Positions 1 to 12,394 of a stretch of 64,000 bases of DNA are shown piece after piece. Source of the DNA: Aplysia californica (Eukaryota). The first letter of the stretch is position 1; each line of letters begins with the position of its first letter. The position numbers and the translations under genes are program-made. The notes below the pieces were generated by a model, which worked only from the letters and a program-made list of their open reading frames with translations, did no database searches and was not told where the DNA came from. Location: assembly GCF_000002075.1 (NCBI RefSeq), contig NW_004797857.1, positions 71,421-135,420 on the forward strand, given 5' to 3'.

Positions 1-31
<31 letters not shown>
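1..31. repeat. (CA)n microsatellite
   Basis: Seen directly. Confidence 0.95.
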
Positions 32-32
<1 letters not shown>

Positions 33-1877
33 ACCGGCGGAATTCCCATATCAATCTCATCTGACATCTAATATATGCCACGCCACGCCATGCCAAACCA
101 GAACACGCAACAACACCAAAAAAAAGAACCAAAAAAACTTTGACATGGTCTGATTCCATCACTCACAGCTCAGTTTTATGCTCTATCAGACTGCGCTGGA
201 ATGCAGAACGGTGAACGAAATCTCTGTTTTTTATTATTTTATTTCTACCACGGAACTCCGCAGAGTTCTGGGCACACCTCTGCCGCTAACTGGGAACTGC
301 CGCAAACTGGGAACCCCAGTAGACCACTCCTTCCGCTCCACCACAGCAAGGCTTTGATTAATCATAATTTGTAAATTGTTATTGCAACATAATTTGTATA
401 AAATTAAGAAGCGGGCTTCTTCGACTCTACCTGTCAAGGTTAACCTGCAATGAGAGGGATACGACTAAACATCCCCATCCCAACAAACATGCATAGATAC
501 TCGATTTTTTTTTTTTTTTTTTTTTTTTTGGGGGGGGGAGTTAATTTTTGTTGTTGTTGTTGTCGTTGTTGGGGGAGGGGGGGGAATTTTTTTTTAAGAA
601 AGAAAAAAAACCTTCCTCTCGGAAACCTAACCCATGTTTCTGCGTACAACAGCCTAACCGCACACCACAGAAATTAGTGCTGAATCATAGCCAAAGTGGT
701 TCCCGATTCCACTTCATTTTTAAGAATTAACATGCTGCCTGATTTTTTTGAGTAAAGAAAAGCACGCCGGCATATATGACAGGTATTTAGTGCTGGCGGA
801 AAGCTACACAGGCAACCAGACAGATGAAAGCAAGAGAGGGGGGGAAAAAACAACAAAGTACCTATGATGCCCTCCAAACACTCGCAGTCATAAATTTAAA
901 TGCCATTACACACACACTAAAGTATCATTTCGAAAGTATGGCAGTTGTTGACCCCCTTGTAGGGTTAACGACAGAAGACGGCGGGAAAGAAAGAAGTAGT
1001 TTTGTAGTAAAGACGAAAATACCACCCATGAAGAAGACCCAAGTGTTAGTAGAGTGCGTTCTTCCCTAATAGAGTCAGCAACAGAGGAGGTTGGCACCCC
1101 CTGCGGGTGCGTGGTGGGTACAGTTGTGAACCCTCAACCTAAAAGGGTGCGGTCTATGGACGAGTTCTCGGATAATCACAGAGGTATCTTCAAGGATAAG
1201 CGAACGTAACCAAAGAGGAGTGGTACATCAAATGTACAACACTGTGAAAAGACGAGCTTGTCACGTTCCGTACCCACCGTTCCTATAATTTAGGGCGCAC
1301 TGCAGAGGGGTCAGTAGGGACCATGCTTAGAAAGTGGGGTGGGCAACATTGATACAGCATTCTTGAACTTGGGTTGGAAAATGTTCTACCCACTAAGGGC
1401 GTTACAGGTGGGCATTAAATCAGAGGTCCCATGATAAAATCAAGCGCCACGACTCACAAACAAAAAGGGGAGTTATAACAAGAATTTCTTTAAATCCTCG
1501 CAGTCAATTGCATAATCCAATTTTTTGTTGTTGTTATTGTTGTTGGGTTTTTTGGGGGGGCCAGGAGGGTTAGATCTACCAAATATTTCAAACTCTGTTT
1601 TGTCACCACAATCAGCGTTTAAAAAAATGATCAAGATTATCAAAAGAAACGGAGCGGCACAATTTACAAGGGAGAGGGTAGCCTACTGACATAGTATGCT
1701 AGCCTAACTTGTCCTACTGATACCCCTTTTCCCCAGGACCATTTCCTCCTCGAGCGCTTACAACTTACAAGCCCACTTACATGGATACATCCCTCAAACC
1801 GACATCCCAGTGTGCGTCACGTAGATAAACGACAACCAAAACACGCAACAGCACGAGCGATTTAAATCCGGCTATTA

Positions 1878-1879
<2 letters not shown>

Positions 1880-1935
<56 letters not shown>

Positions 1936-1949
1936 TCTCTCTCCCTCTC
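1880..1949. repeat. (CT)n microsatellite
   Basis: Seen directly. Confidence 0.95.
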
Positions 1950-2830
1950 ATACTAAACTCCATCGTCTCTTTTCCCCTCTTTCTCATTTTTTTCTTTGTC
2001 TGCCTGCCCCCCCCCCCCCCTCTTTCCGCCCTTTCTCTTTCCTCTCCCGTCCCCAAAAGAGATACTTCCAAGTCCAAATCCTCTTAACCTACATTCTTTC
2101 ACGTCGTACCTTTTTCTTCTCAGTGACCTACAAATCATTATAATGAAAGGTGTGCAGATTCTACTTACTAGATCTACTTGGATATTTATTTGAGTTGACT
2201 ACTATGGCCTAGCAGTTACAAAACAAAACCTTCAAGAATCCATGATTCAAATCCGAGAGGGTCTCACCACAACTATTTTTTTTTCTCGCCCATCCGGTAA
2301 TATCCCGGGACCAAGTGGCCAGCCATCAAAATGTGCCAAGTTGGGAAACTGAACTTCAACAGCAACTCAATGACAACTCTTAAAGGAAACGACATTATAA
2401 CACTGTACCCAACTTAATACTTGATATAATGCTCCAGATAGTGAGACACCTCTCCAAGATGGAATTAAATGATCTTGACAGAGAATGACTTTCCGACAGA
2501 TTACCATATATACACACATCTAGATCTAGAGACAGACACAAATATTATACATTTTGTATAAATCACCATGAAGTTTAGACCATAAAAAACACCCCAAAAA
2601 ATAATAGATTAGAGGGGAATAACTTATAAAGTGATCAGATCATGTCTTTTACACAAACAACGTACACACATTCAATATTCAGAGTTTACATATATATATA
2701 CAACCACATTTTTACCGTATATTTACAACCACATGAGAGTGCAAGTACCAGAAACAATACACAATGAAAAGTACAGTATGAAATGGTCAAACTCTTTAAA
2801 TTTAACATAATATTCAATAGTAAAGCCAGT

Positions 2831-2840
2831 GAAAGGATAC
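2831..2840 (-). promoter_or_regulatory. U12-type (minor spliceosome) 5' splice site GTATCCTTTC
   Basis: Exact match to the RTATCCTTT consensus, immediately after the IY codons of the myosin head. Confidence 0.85.
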
Positions 2841-2947
2841 GTATATGAGATTCTTCTGATACCTGACTTGGAGATTTGTATTGATTCCATTTTCATCAAT
2901 ATTACTGATGAGGATCATATCCCGTACTCCATCTGTGGGTTTCAGTC
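2841..2947 (-). CDS. Myosin coding exon 2 (LKPTDGVRDMILISNIDENGINTNLQVRYQKNLIY)
   Basis: Acceptor tttcccag|GA; open frame with motor-domain motif; ends at ATATAC|gtatcctttc. Confidence 0.88.
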
Positions 2948-4319
2948 CTGGGAAATCGAACAGGACAAAATAATGCTACTTATTTTCAAAACAATTTTAA
3001 AAGTACCGATTGCCATTACAAGAGCATGCAAAGTATCCGTCTCAGGATTTATTATTAATAAATTTTGATGAAACTATTTCCAAATGGAAGATTGGCCTGC
3101 TTTTGAGGAGCCCCAGAGAAAAGTATCAGATCATTAACAGACTACCCTTAAAGTTTCCTCAGAAAATTAATTCATTCTCTTTATAACTGCATGTATACTT
3201 AATTATAAAAACAACATGGGGAAAACAAATCAGAGAGAACCTGTTTATAAAGGAAAAAGTTAGGCTTTAAAACATATATATCTCCCTGCTCAATCATTCT
3301 GAATTCGAATTCAAAAAGGGCTTGAAAGGAATTGAAAAGAAAATTCATTTCAAACACAGAAATTGTTCTCTATATATAGATGGTCTATGGTTTAACACTT
3401 TTTGAACTTGAACAGCTGGTGAATAAACTATCACACATGGGCAAAGGAAAGTTGAAAGGCAACACAGCCTTCCAAAGACATCACGTCATGTATAATACCC
3501 TGTTTATTGACTGTGAAAAGAACATTTCAGCCCATTGAATAAAGACGTCTCTGTGATTCAGAAAGAGTTCATGGCAACATACATAGCCAAGTTTTCTGTA
3601 TTTAAATTCTTGACAAATTTATTATTTCATTAGCCTTCATTTAGGATGCCTACCTACATTAACTTAGAGAATGAAATGCGTTAATTAATTATGATTAGCT
3701 CAACCTGCAGACAGAAAACATGAATTCAATTTAATTTAAGCCATCACAACTTCTAAATTGGGTGTCAAAGGAAGGGGACCTCACATCTCTAGTGTGGTGA
3801 TTAGGACGTAAGGGAACTCAGTCCATGCAATGAAGACATTGGTTCACCTGGAAATATGTTAAGCCTCAAATTAGCCTATACATTGCCCAAGCCTAGATCC
3901 TAAAATAATACACACACACAAATGATTGTGAGCAAAATAAAGTAGTTGAAAACCTTTCCTTACAAGCAGATTACCTCACTATTCGAACTTCACTGACAAA
4001 GCCTCAAAGTCAAAGTCAGTCCTGACTTTCTCACTTTTTTCAGTTTTTCGAACACACTGAAATACTTTCTCCTCAATTACTATTTAATGATGTATTGTAG
4101 AGCATACAATACAATGACATATCACAATTTCATTATTTTATCACTCATCATGTCATAGTCTACTTAGTTGGCTGACTGACTTTGTATTGGCCTTTATTGT
4201 ATCCAACATATTAAATAAATAAGCCTACAACAGTCTTCGTTAGTAACTTTATGAGCATTGGGTATGATTGGGCCATCATTGTATTACAAAAGATTGCATG
4301 TGAGTGTGCCACTGTGTGT

Positions 4320-4372
<53 letters not shown>

Positions 4373-5029
4373 TGTGTGTGTGTCTTTGTGAGTGGGCACG
4401 CGTGTATGTGTGTGTGTGTAAGTCATGTTTGTAGACATAGTAAAAGTAGTGTACACATTAATCATTTATCATGGGGTGAAAAGGTGAGGGGGGGGGATTT
4501 TTCTATACATACTGTCTGTAATGAATATAATATAAATCGTGGGGTCTTATTCTAAGGCATGCCTATAGACTAAAGACATAGATTCTAGATCTAGATATAT
4601 ACTATATATAGATTAGATCTATTAGATAATTATTAGGTTAGGCATGTCATGAAAAATCAGGCTAATTCAATTCAAATTGTTGTATGTAATGAGTAATGTT
4701 CGAAGACGAAGACTCGAAGTTACTCGAGTTCATAATATTTGACTTACTTTTCATTATTAATAAGGAGTATAAATTGTGTAAATATCAAAGTAACTTACTC
4801 ATTACGCAAATTTACACTCTTTTTGATAGAAGCCGGTAGCCGGTATCTAGAATTATAATACACCCTCCTTTATGCCAACCCCGGGCCCTCTATTAGAGGT
4901 GCTAACTGCTAAATTTCATGAGTTAGGCCTACACTGCGGCCTCCAACGGCTCCGAAAAATGTAAACAATAAAGCAGAAAAACATTTTACCTTGAGACTGA
5001 AGCTCCGGCTTCATCAACAACGAAGCCAT
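2841..5029 (-). CDS. Unconventional myosin heavy chain, 5' part only (coding exons 4990-5029 and 2841-2947; gene continues beyond window start)
   Basis: Spliced translation MASLLMKPELQSQG-LKPTDGVRDMILISNIDENGINTNLQVRYQKNLIY matches the start of the myosin motor domain (GVxDMxxL/I..ExxIxxNLxxRYxxxxIY). ATG context acaatcATGG; GT-AG phase-1 intron joins in frame. Class not determinable from two exons. Confidence 0.85.
4313..4418. repeat. (GT)n microsatellite
   Basis: Seen directly. Confidence 0.95.
4990..5029 (-). CDS. Myosin coding exon 1 (MASLLMKPELQSQ+G)
   Basis: ATG at 5029; donor CAAG|gtaaaa; phase 1 matches next exon. Confidence 0.75.
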
Positions 5030-7779
5030 GATTGTTATATTTCCACTTTATCCAAAATCCTAAGAAGAATTAGTAATCCATTCTCGCGTAAAATACCACA
5101 GTCGAATCAACCGCATCCTTTCTGTTCGATGCTGACTCATAGAATGGGGAATCAACTCTGGCTTCCTCATTGCTCCTTTTTGACTGAATAGATTGAGCTT
5201 GTATGGTAACCCGTTTGATCACAGTTTACTTTATGGTCATGTCACAACTGTAAGAATGAAAAAAAAAAGTAACGCACTATCATTATCAAAGTAGAACATT
5301 ATACATGTATGTTTTGTTTCTAATAAAGGTTGCTATCATTAGTTTAAATTTTAAAAAGATTATTAAGTTTTTGTGCTTGTGTATTTAAACGGTCTTCTAA
5401 TGATGTAGGCTACAGAAAAGAGAAAGGTCATGGAATAGTAAAAGAGGTTAGCCCAAGATAGGGAAAGATGAAAAGTATTTCTTTGTAGCCAATACCCTGA
5501 TGCGGGATGAGAAAGTATGATGATGATGCATTTGAATTGTCTCAGCTTACTTAAACAAGTAAAATCGAAATTGTCCAAGACACCACTCATTGCCGAGATG
5601 AAGAGTCGATTGTTGTCTAATACGAGGTGCCCACTATGGGTGGGATCGGTCTGATCGATTGCCCAATTCGGTTGCCTAAAAAAACAAACGAGTTTATTAT
5701 AGTTTTACGTTTCAGGCGACCGAGTCGGGCGATCGGCCCGATCCAGCCGTAGTGGGCACCACTCTGGCATTCTCTTCTGAAGTTGAAACCGGAAGCGGTC
5801 ACAGGCTAAGTAGGCCTACGTAAGGCCCAATTATTAATTCTTTGAAGAACGATTTGGGCTGGGGAGGAGGCGAATATTGTTGGAAACGTGCGTGGTCGTC
5901 TCGAACAAGTTTTTTTTTAGGGGGACTGCTGGTTGATATAGTTAAGCGGTCGCGGCTGCGTTGGATAGGCTGTCGTCTTGTGCAGTGCCTGTTATGTTAG
6001 AAATAACGCAAATTGAAGGGAAGTAAGAAATAATCGTTTGGACTGGCAGCTATCACGACAGGTCTGCGCTTTGCATGGACATAAATATGCCTATGTACAC
6101 GATGTACAAGTTTGATTGACACACTAGTAAATTAAAAAAAAAGAATAGAGAAACTGAACTTTCAAACCCAATAATTATAACTGCCTGATTATAATAAAAT
6201 AAATCCTTTAAAAAAGAGGGTGGGGGTGGTAAGAAAAGGACTAACTTTTTTAAAAAAATGCAGTCCATTCGATACCTCAAAATAAGTTGTGATTATCCAG
6301 GCTACACATATTATAATCAGGCACGGTTCGTCCATAGAGCATGGTCGTGCAGTGCCGCCCACAATTTTTAAATGTTCTATCACGTAAAACTCCCACAATA
6401 ATAAATTAAAAGAAGTCAGAAACAAACACTAGCCAAATATTATATCAAAACAAAGTCCTCACTAGCGCCATAACTGTCATTTCTGTGTCTATAGCACGGT
6501 AAAACATCTACTATGCCATGCAAAATTGCACGCGCTTTATTTAAACATAAAAGGAATTTCAACAGTGTAACCTGACCTATAAATCGTTCTTGGGGATAAC
6601 CCAAGCGATGACGACACTCGTAGCGAGTTTGGCGGTACATTAATATTAATAAGACGGCACATCTCAAATGTGCTCCTGCTGAACAGTGCCGGAACATAGC
6701 CCACAGTAGGAGGTCTAAAAATAAACGCGATAGACCGTACGCTATTCTTTGCCAATATTATGTGAGCCCTTGAACAATCCAGCGGAGTGCTCAAGTGAAT
6801 TGTGATTGGTTCATTGTCTGTCTTGCCACTATTTTAAGTGACTCTGTGACCGTGAACCTGAGGGAGGTGAACGTGACTGTCCTATGAGTTGTGCCTTTGA
6901 ATGGTTTTGTAGTGGAGTAGTGAAAGTTATTACTTGAGTGTTCAGTTCCAATACAGGATAGACGAAATTGATGTTTAGCTAACAAACAAATTTAGTACTA
7001 GAAAGCAAAGCGACAAGTAAAAAGAATGAAAATAAAAGCACGGCGTCCTCCCTCACCAACCCAAAGATCTTAAAAGTATACACCGTCTCATTTACTGTGC
7101 CCTTGACTATCTTCAGCATGCGATAGCTTAATTGTGCACGTCCACTTTTTAGCCCCACGAGCTGCCCCTGATTATAATACATATATGTTTGACGGGTTTG
7201 TTAGCCCGGAAGGTCAGAAACGTCCAAGCAATAATTTAAGATGGTCATCTCAGACTGAAATCTCTTGTGGATAACGAAGATAACAAAGATAAAATCATCA
7301 GCATCAATACAATTGCTTTATATTCTCAGATTCATATTTTGATGCTTAGATTAGACATTTCTAAATTACAAGACTTTTATGCTATTTTGATGTGATACCT
7401 GTCAACTCCCATATATAAGCGAAATTTAGTCGCCTTTTCGTTTTTTGAAAATAAAAAATGATTTTCTTTGTCAAACCCAAAAATAATAATTAATTAAAGC
7501 TGGCTTTTACATGAATGCGATGGGCAGTTATGAACACGAATTACTTTTCATACGTAGCCCGGAAGTCGAAAGAGGTTACCCTAACAAAAATACCTTCACA
7601 TTCATGAGAACGTCACATAAACAAGCTGCCATTTTATTTGACGAAACAACAACATTAGACCTTAATCTTACTCTTAGTGCAGGCCATTCTGTACTGCAAA
7701 TCTTGTTTTCTTGTTTGTTACCCAACTCTTCTTTTTCTCTGATTACTTAGTAATACATAGCTCAAAGTTAGATTCATCA
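5030..7779. promoter_or_regulatory. Divergent (head-to-head) promoter and 5' UTR region of myosin and PRPF18
   Basis: Start codons 2.75 kb apart on opposite strands; relatively CpG-rich; ETS-like CCGGAAGT at 7559-7566 and YY1-like GCCATTTT at 7628-7635 upstream of the PRPF18 ATG. Confidence 0.55.
5626..5760. mobile_element. Palindromic MITE (Harbinger-like ends)
   Basis: GGTGCCCACTA...TAGTGGGCACC termini with long imperfect internal complementarity. Confidence 0.6.
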
Positions 7780-7845
7780 ATGGATATTCTTAAAGCAGAA
7801 ATCGAAAGGAAGAAACGCCAGATACAGGAGTCAAACTTGATTCAT
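7780..7845 (+). CDS. PRPF18: PRPF18 exon 1 ([22 protein letters not shown])
   Basis: ATG; donor CAT|gtgagt. Confidence 0.93.
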
Positions 7846-10800
7846 GTGAGTATTAGACTTTTATTAAATTAGATCTAGTATTGTGAGTGAGTCGTAAGAA
7901 AGTCAAGTAAAATAAAAGGCCACCTCTATGAGAATAGCGCAGAGCAGGCGGGCCTTTTGGCTATTCTCACCCGGTGTGCCTTCACCGTGATAGTGATAGG
8001 CAAACCAGTGTAGCGTTCGCAGTGAACAAATGTTCCAGCTCTCTTGTGTTTGTATTGAAAGCGAGCAATTTTGTGTGCTGTGGGCAGTGAGAGAGAAAGA
8101 GAGGGCGGGAGAGAGAGAGAGAGGAGTAACGCGAGAACTTCCAGGCAAAACAAAAGGTAAGATTGAAGAATACCGGACCAGTGGACTGACTTTGCCTATG
8201 TCTCAACCTTAGGAATTCATAATTTTCCCGTTTTTAACTCTTATCCTGCGTCTGTGCCCAGATGCGTATCTTATCAGCAACCGATTACGTCGGACTCGCC
8301 GGGCAGGCCGCCGGGGTCACTCAGTGTGTACTGTTGGTGTACAGCGCGCGCGCCGAGAAACGTGTGTTTTCGCCATGAATACCGCGGGAGTTTGTTAACT
8401 GATGATGAAAATAACGCTCTATCCTTCATAGCATTCTATTTATAAAGTGTTACAAACACATGAATAACCCCCTCTCACAAGCTGATAAGACATTACGAGT
8501 AGTTACGCCCATTTGAATAACCTTTCTGGACGCTCTTGTTGTTATGAATGACCTGAGGTTTGAAAAGGGATAATTTAGGTCAATTTCCGAATGTTTTACA
8601 CTCAAATTGTTCTTTGTACCTGCCCAAGGGTATTCAAAACTATTAAACAAGCTCATCTTTTATCAGGTAGTATCATTTCATACAAAATCAAGCTCATTTG
8701 AAATATTTTGTATAGAGAAAAATGGAAGTCTTGTTTCCTGACTATCCTTTCGAGCTCCTCATGTCTAAGTGGGTCAATTTCTTCTATAATTTCATTGGAC
8801 GAACATCTAGAGCTATCAACTTGGCATGTTTTGAATGAGACGTATGCCTCGATTACGAACCAACGCAGGTGGTTCTAGAAGAAGGCCACAAACGCACACA
8901 AACTCAAGCAGACTGACGCACACACACTTGACCTGCGTGAATGGGGATCCGACTCGGGACCCGAATGACACGTAAGAGGATGCGCGCTGCGCGTGCGCTG
9001 AGCCAGGAGCTACACTGACTCGGGACCAGAACGCAGGCGAGGTGCCGAAATAGGCTTATCGGGCTACATAAACCCGGCTCCCGCAGGATGAGGGTTAATA
9101 TCTCTCAATAGAGAATCTCGGACCGGTAGATCTATTCATTAAAATTTTGTCAGGGGGGAGACCCCCCTGAACCCACACTCCCCCCTCCTCCACCCTCCCC
9201 ACCAACCCCACTTTCTCGCGCAATAATGTACGAGTGGTCCGGTATTCTTCAATCTTCCCAAACAAAATGGCGACCAGCGTAGTTCGGCTCGATTCGAAAA
9301 GTTAGCCGTAGCTCTTCTTTGTAGACATCCGAAGTAATTTACTTTGTGTTTTAATATAATTTTTTATCTTTGTTTTTGTCAATTTGATCGTCCACACCGA
9401 TGGACAGTAGGCTATTCAGAAAGAGAGAGAAGGAGTAGATCTTGCAAGAACTCCTGGGCAAAACAAAATGTCGACCCACGTAGTTCAGCTCGTTTCGTAA
9501 AGTGAAAGAGCCATAGGATCTTTGTAGACAACCAAATTAAATTAGCTTGTACTTTTGTGCTATAACGTCATTTTTTTTCTTGGTTTTTGTCTATCTGATC
9601 ATCCACACCGATAGACAGTATCAAAATGAGGAAAAACAGGTCTTGTTTCACACCGGGTGAGAATAGCCTACGCTGGCAAGTCTCACGCGGGGTGAGAGGT
9701 AGATCGTATTTAATTTTTATTCTCACCTGGGGTGAGGATAGCCACTTCCACAAGAAAAAGAAAAGAGTGTTAGTAGATCTAGACTAGATCTGATCTAAGA
9801 AAGAAAGTGGAAAATGAGCCTCAATGACGTGTGGCCGTGAGAAGAGGGGCATCACTGGGCATTGATTTAGATTTTCCATCCCGTTATTTAAATAAATAAC
9901 AGTATAGGCTAGCTGCCCCTGAGGCGAGGGGATACAATGTCTGTGTAAAGTGAAGTGCCCTCTTGACCCGGGTTTGAGGATCCTGTGTCAGAATCTCCGC
10001 AAGCTCAATTGGACTCGAAAAGAATACTCGGGGCAAATGAGCAGGGAGTAGAATGCTGCAATTTTAAAGATCATAATCTGCCAACTTGCTTCCTACAACC
10101 AGCTTACAAATACCCCAACATACCTGCCACTATACTGTCTTCCCACTTAGCTCCTCTCTACACTTGTCTTTGCACGATAGAATAGGCTAACACTAACAAT
10201 GTCACCTTAGAGCAGAGACTGAGCCCACCATTTTGGAACTTCACTGTGACCATAAAGATGGTTCCAGTAGGGAACAGGATAGAGGGTGCCCACGTTCCTC
10301 GTGACTCATTGGAGCAGAGGAAGATCTAGGACTAACACTCACTTTACTTAAACGCAATCCCTCATCATCACTCATCACCACCATCTAAAATCATCACCGC
10401 TCTCAGATCAATGACTCACATCTATAATCCTGGAATCTCTATCTGCTATTACAGTTACTTGTTATACTAAGTATGCGTGTAATACACTATTGGACACTAT
10501 CATGCACTTTTTTCTACCAACCAGATGGTGTCAATCTCATATATAAATGGGCAAGAGAAAAAAAAATTGTTTTAAAATAATAATAATTATAACATAGGCT
10601 AGGCCCATCATGACGTTTCCGATGGGCGGTGCTGAAATTATGGGCAGTGAGCGTTTTAATAATGTTCGTTGACCTATTTTTGCATTATCGATAGCCTACC
10701 TGTACTTTGCAAGGAGGACTGTTTGTAGACGACATTAATTAATTTGCTTTTTAGCCTAGATCTACTCGAGTTGATATTAGAATGTCCAAGAGGTCATCAG

Positions 10801-12320
10801 GTTGCTGATGTAAACAAACCAACTTGGCGGCGGAACGGCAAATCTAAACCAGTGCCCATCACTGCACAGTCAATACTCCCTATCTCTCGAACGTACAGAA
10901 ACATAAGGACTCTTCAGGAGAAGTGGTCCCGGCCTAACTCCATAGACATTTTTATACATTTACGTACACAATCGGAAACAAAACCAGAAGTTGCTTTTTG
11001 AAAAAAGGGGGGCCTCCCCCCCCCCCCCCAAAAAAAGGGGGGGGGGGCTGTTAAAGTCACAAAATAATGGTTTGTGGCAGTGTTTAGTGCCAAAATTGTT
11101 CTCAGCACTTTAAAAAAAACGTTAGAATTCAGAATAGTCCCGAAAATAGATATCTAGTCTCAAAAAATAGGTTTGGCAGGCAACTCAGTTCAGTTTTTTT
11201 ACTCGACTTCCGTTTTTGTTTCCGATTTTGTATAAATGTCAATGGAGTTAGGCCAGGACCACTTCTCCCGAAGAGTACCGAAACATAGATCTAGACTCCA
11301 GTTTAATTTAGAATATAATGTTGATTAAAAAGCAAAAACAACAGATTATCATTAGAATAGATAATTATAAACACTCTGCTCTGGGCGGAGATGGTTACTG
11401 TTTTGGCCCCTTGCCTTTTTTATGCCTTTTTTTAAAATTATACTACCCTGCTATCCTACAATACCCCTAACCCTAATCCTAACCCTGAACATATAAAGTT
11501 ACTACTGATATTTCATAAATTGCTATGATTCATAGTATGATTACTCTTGGGCTTGGGGCCAGAACCTGAGATTGGTTGCCCTTTTGGCTTGTGGGGCCCA
11601 TACAGCTGATTTATTTGCTGCAAACTGAAGTTCACATTATATAATGATCATTAAAAATGTCACAAAATCAATTGTTTTCAAGAAAAGTTCAAACCTAATT
11701 AAATTGCAAAACCTCATATTATGCCCTCCACCCCCTCCCCCATCTAAAGTCCAAAGCACAGAAACCATCTAAAGTCCAAAGCACAGAAATTACTATGCAA
11801 TATTAGGCTTAGACTTAATGTATAGTTTTCTCTTATTAAAAAAAAATTAAAAGTATTACCCCCTCATGGACCCATCTCATACTCAAATATTCTAAAGCAC
11901 TTTTCATTCTTGCTCATTTTCACCACAAATTATTAACTAAAGTTATAAATATATATATATATATATATTTATACGATGTATAGTTTTTTAAAGGTATAAA
12001 TTCAATATTAAGATAAAACAGATGAAAATAAACAAGAAAAGTGCTATACAATGTTATTTTGAGCTTAGTTGATCTCCATCTCCTGCGTCTGTTTTCACAA
12101 TGTCACACTTTTTTATTTTTTCATTGAAATAAAAAATATATATAAATAAGTTTTAGTTTATGTTTCCTACAATATTTTTAGTACCTTCACTCACCCAGTC
12201 TCTGTTCTTTACTTTAACTTTTTCCTTTTTCATCCTCTAACAGCATTTGAGCTTCAAGGGGAGATGCTGTTTTCTATGTAGACCAATTCTGCAGTTCTTT
12301 TTATCTATTGAGATGTAGTT

Positions 12321-12394
<74 letters not shown>

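Larger units (their letters stand above)
7959..9668. mobile_element. Outer non-autonomous DNA transposon (20-bp TIR GGCTATTCTCACCCGGTGTG) with internal ~200-bp duplication
   Basis: Perfect inverted repeats at 7959-7978 and 9649-9668; no clear TSD. Confidence 0.65.

Noticed and set aside
234-2193. Short ORFs at the window start and ORFs spanning microsatellites or N gaps elsewhere
   Set aside because: Products of simple repeats, homopolymers or unknown bases; no protein-like composition.
11464-11486. Telomeric (CCCTAA)n tract
   Set aside because: Only about 3.5 imperfect units; too short to imply an interstitial telomere.
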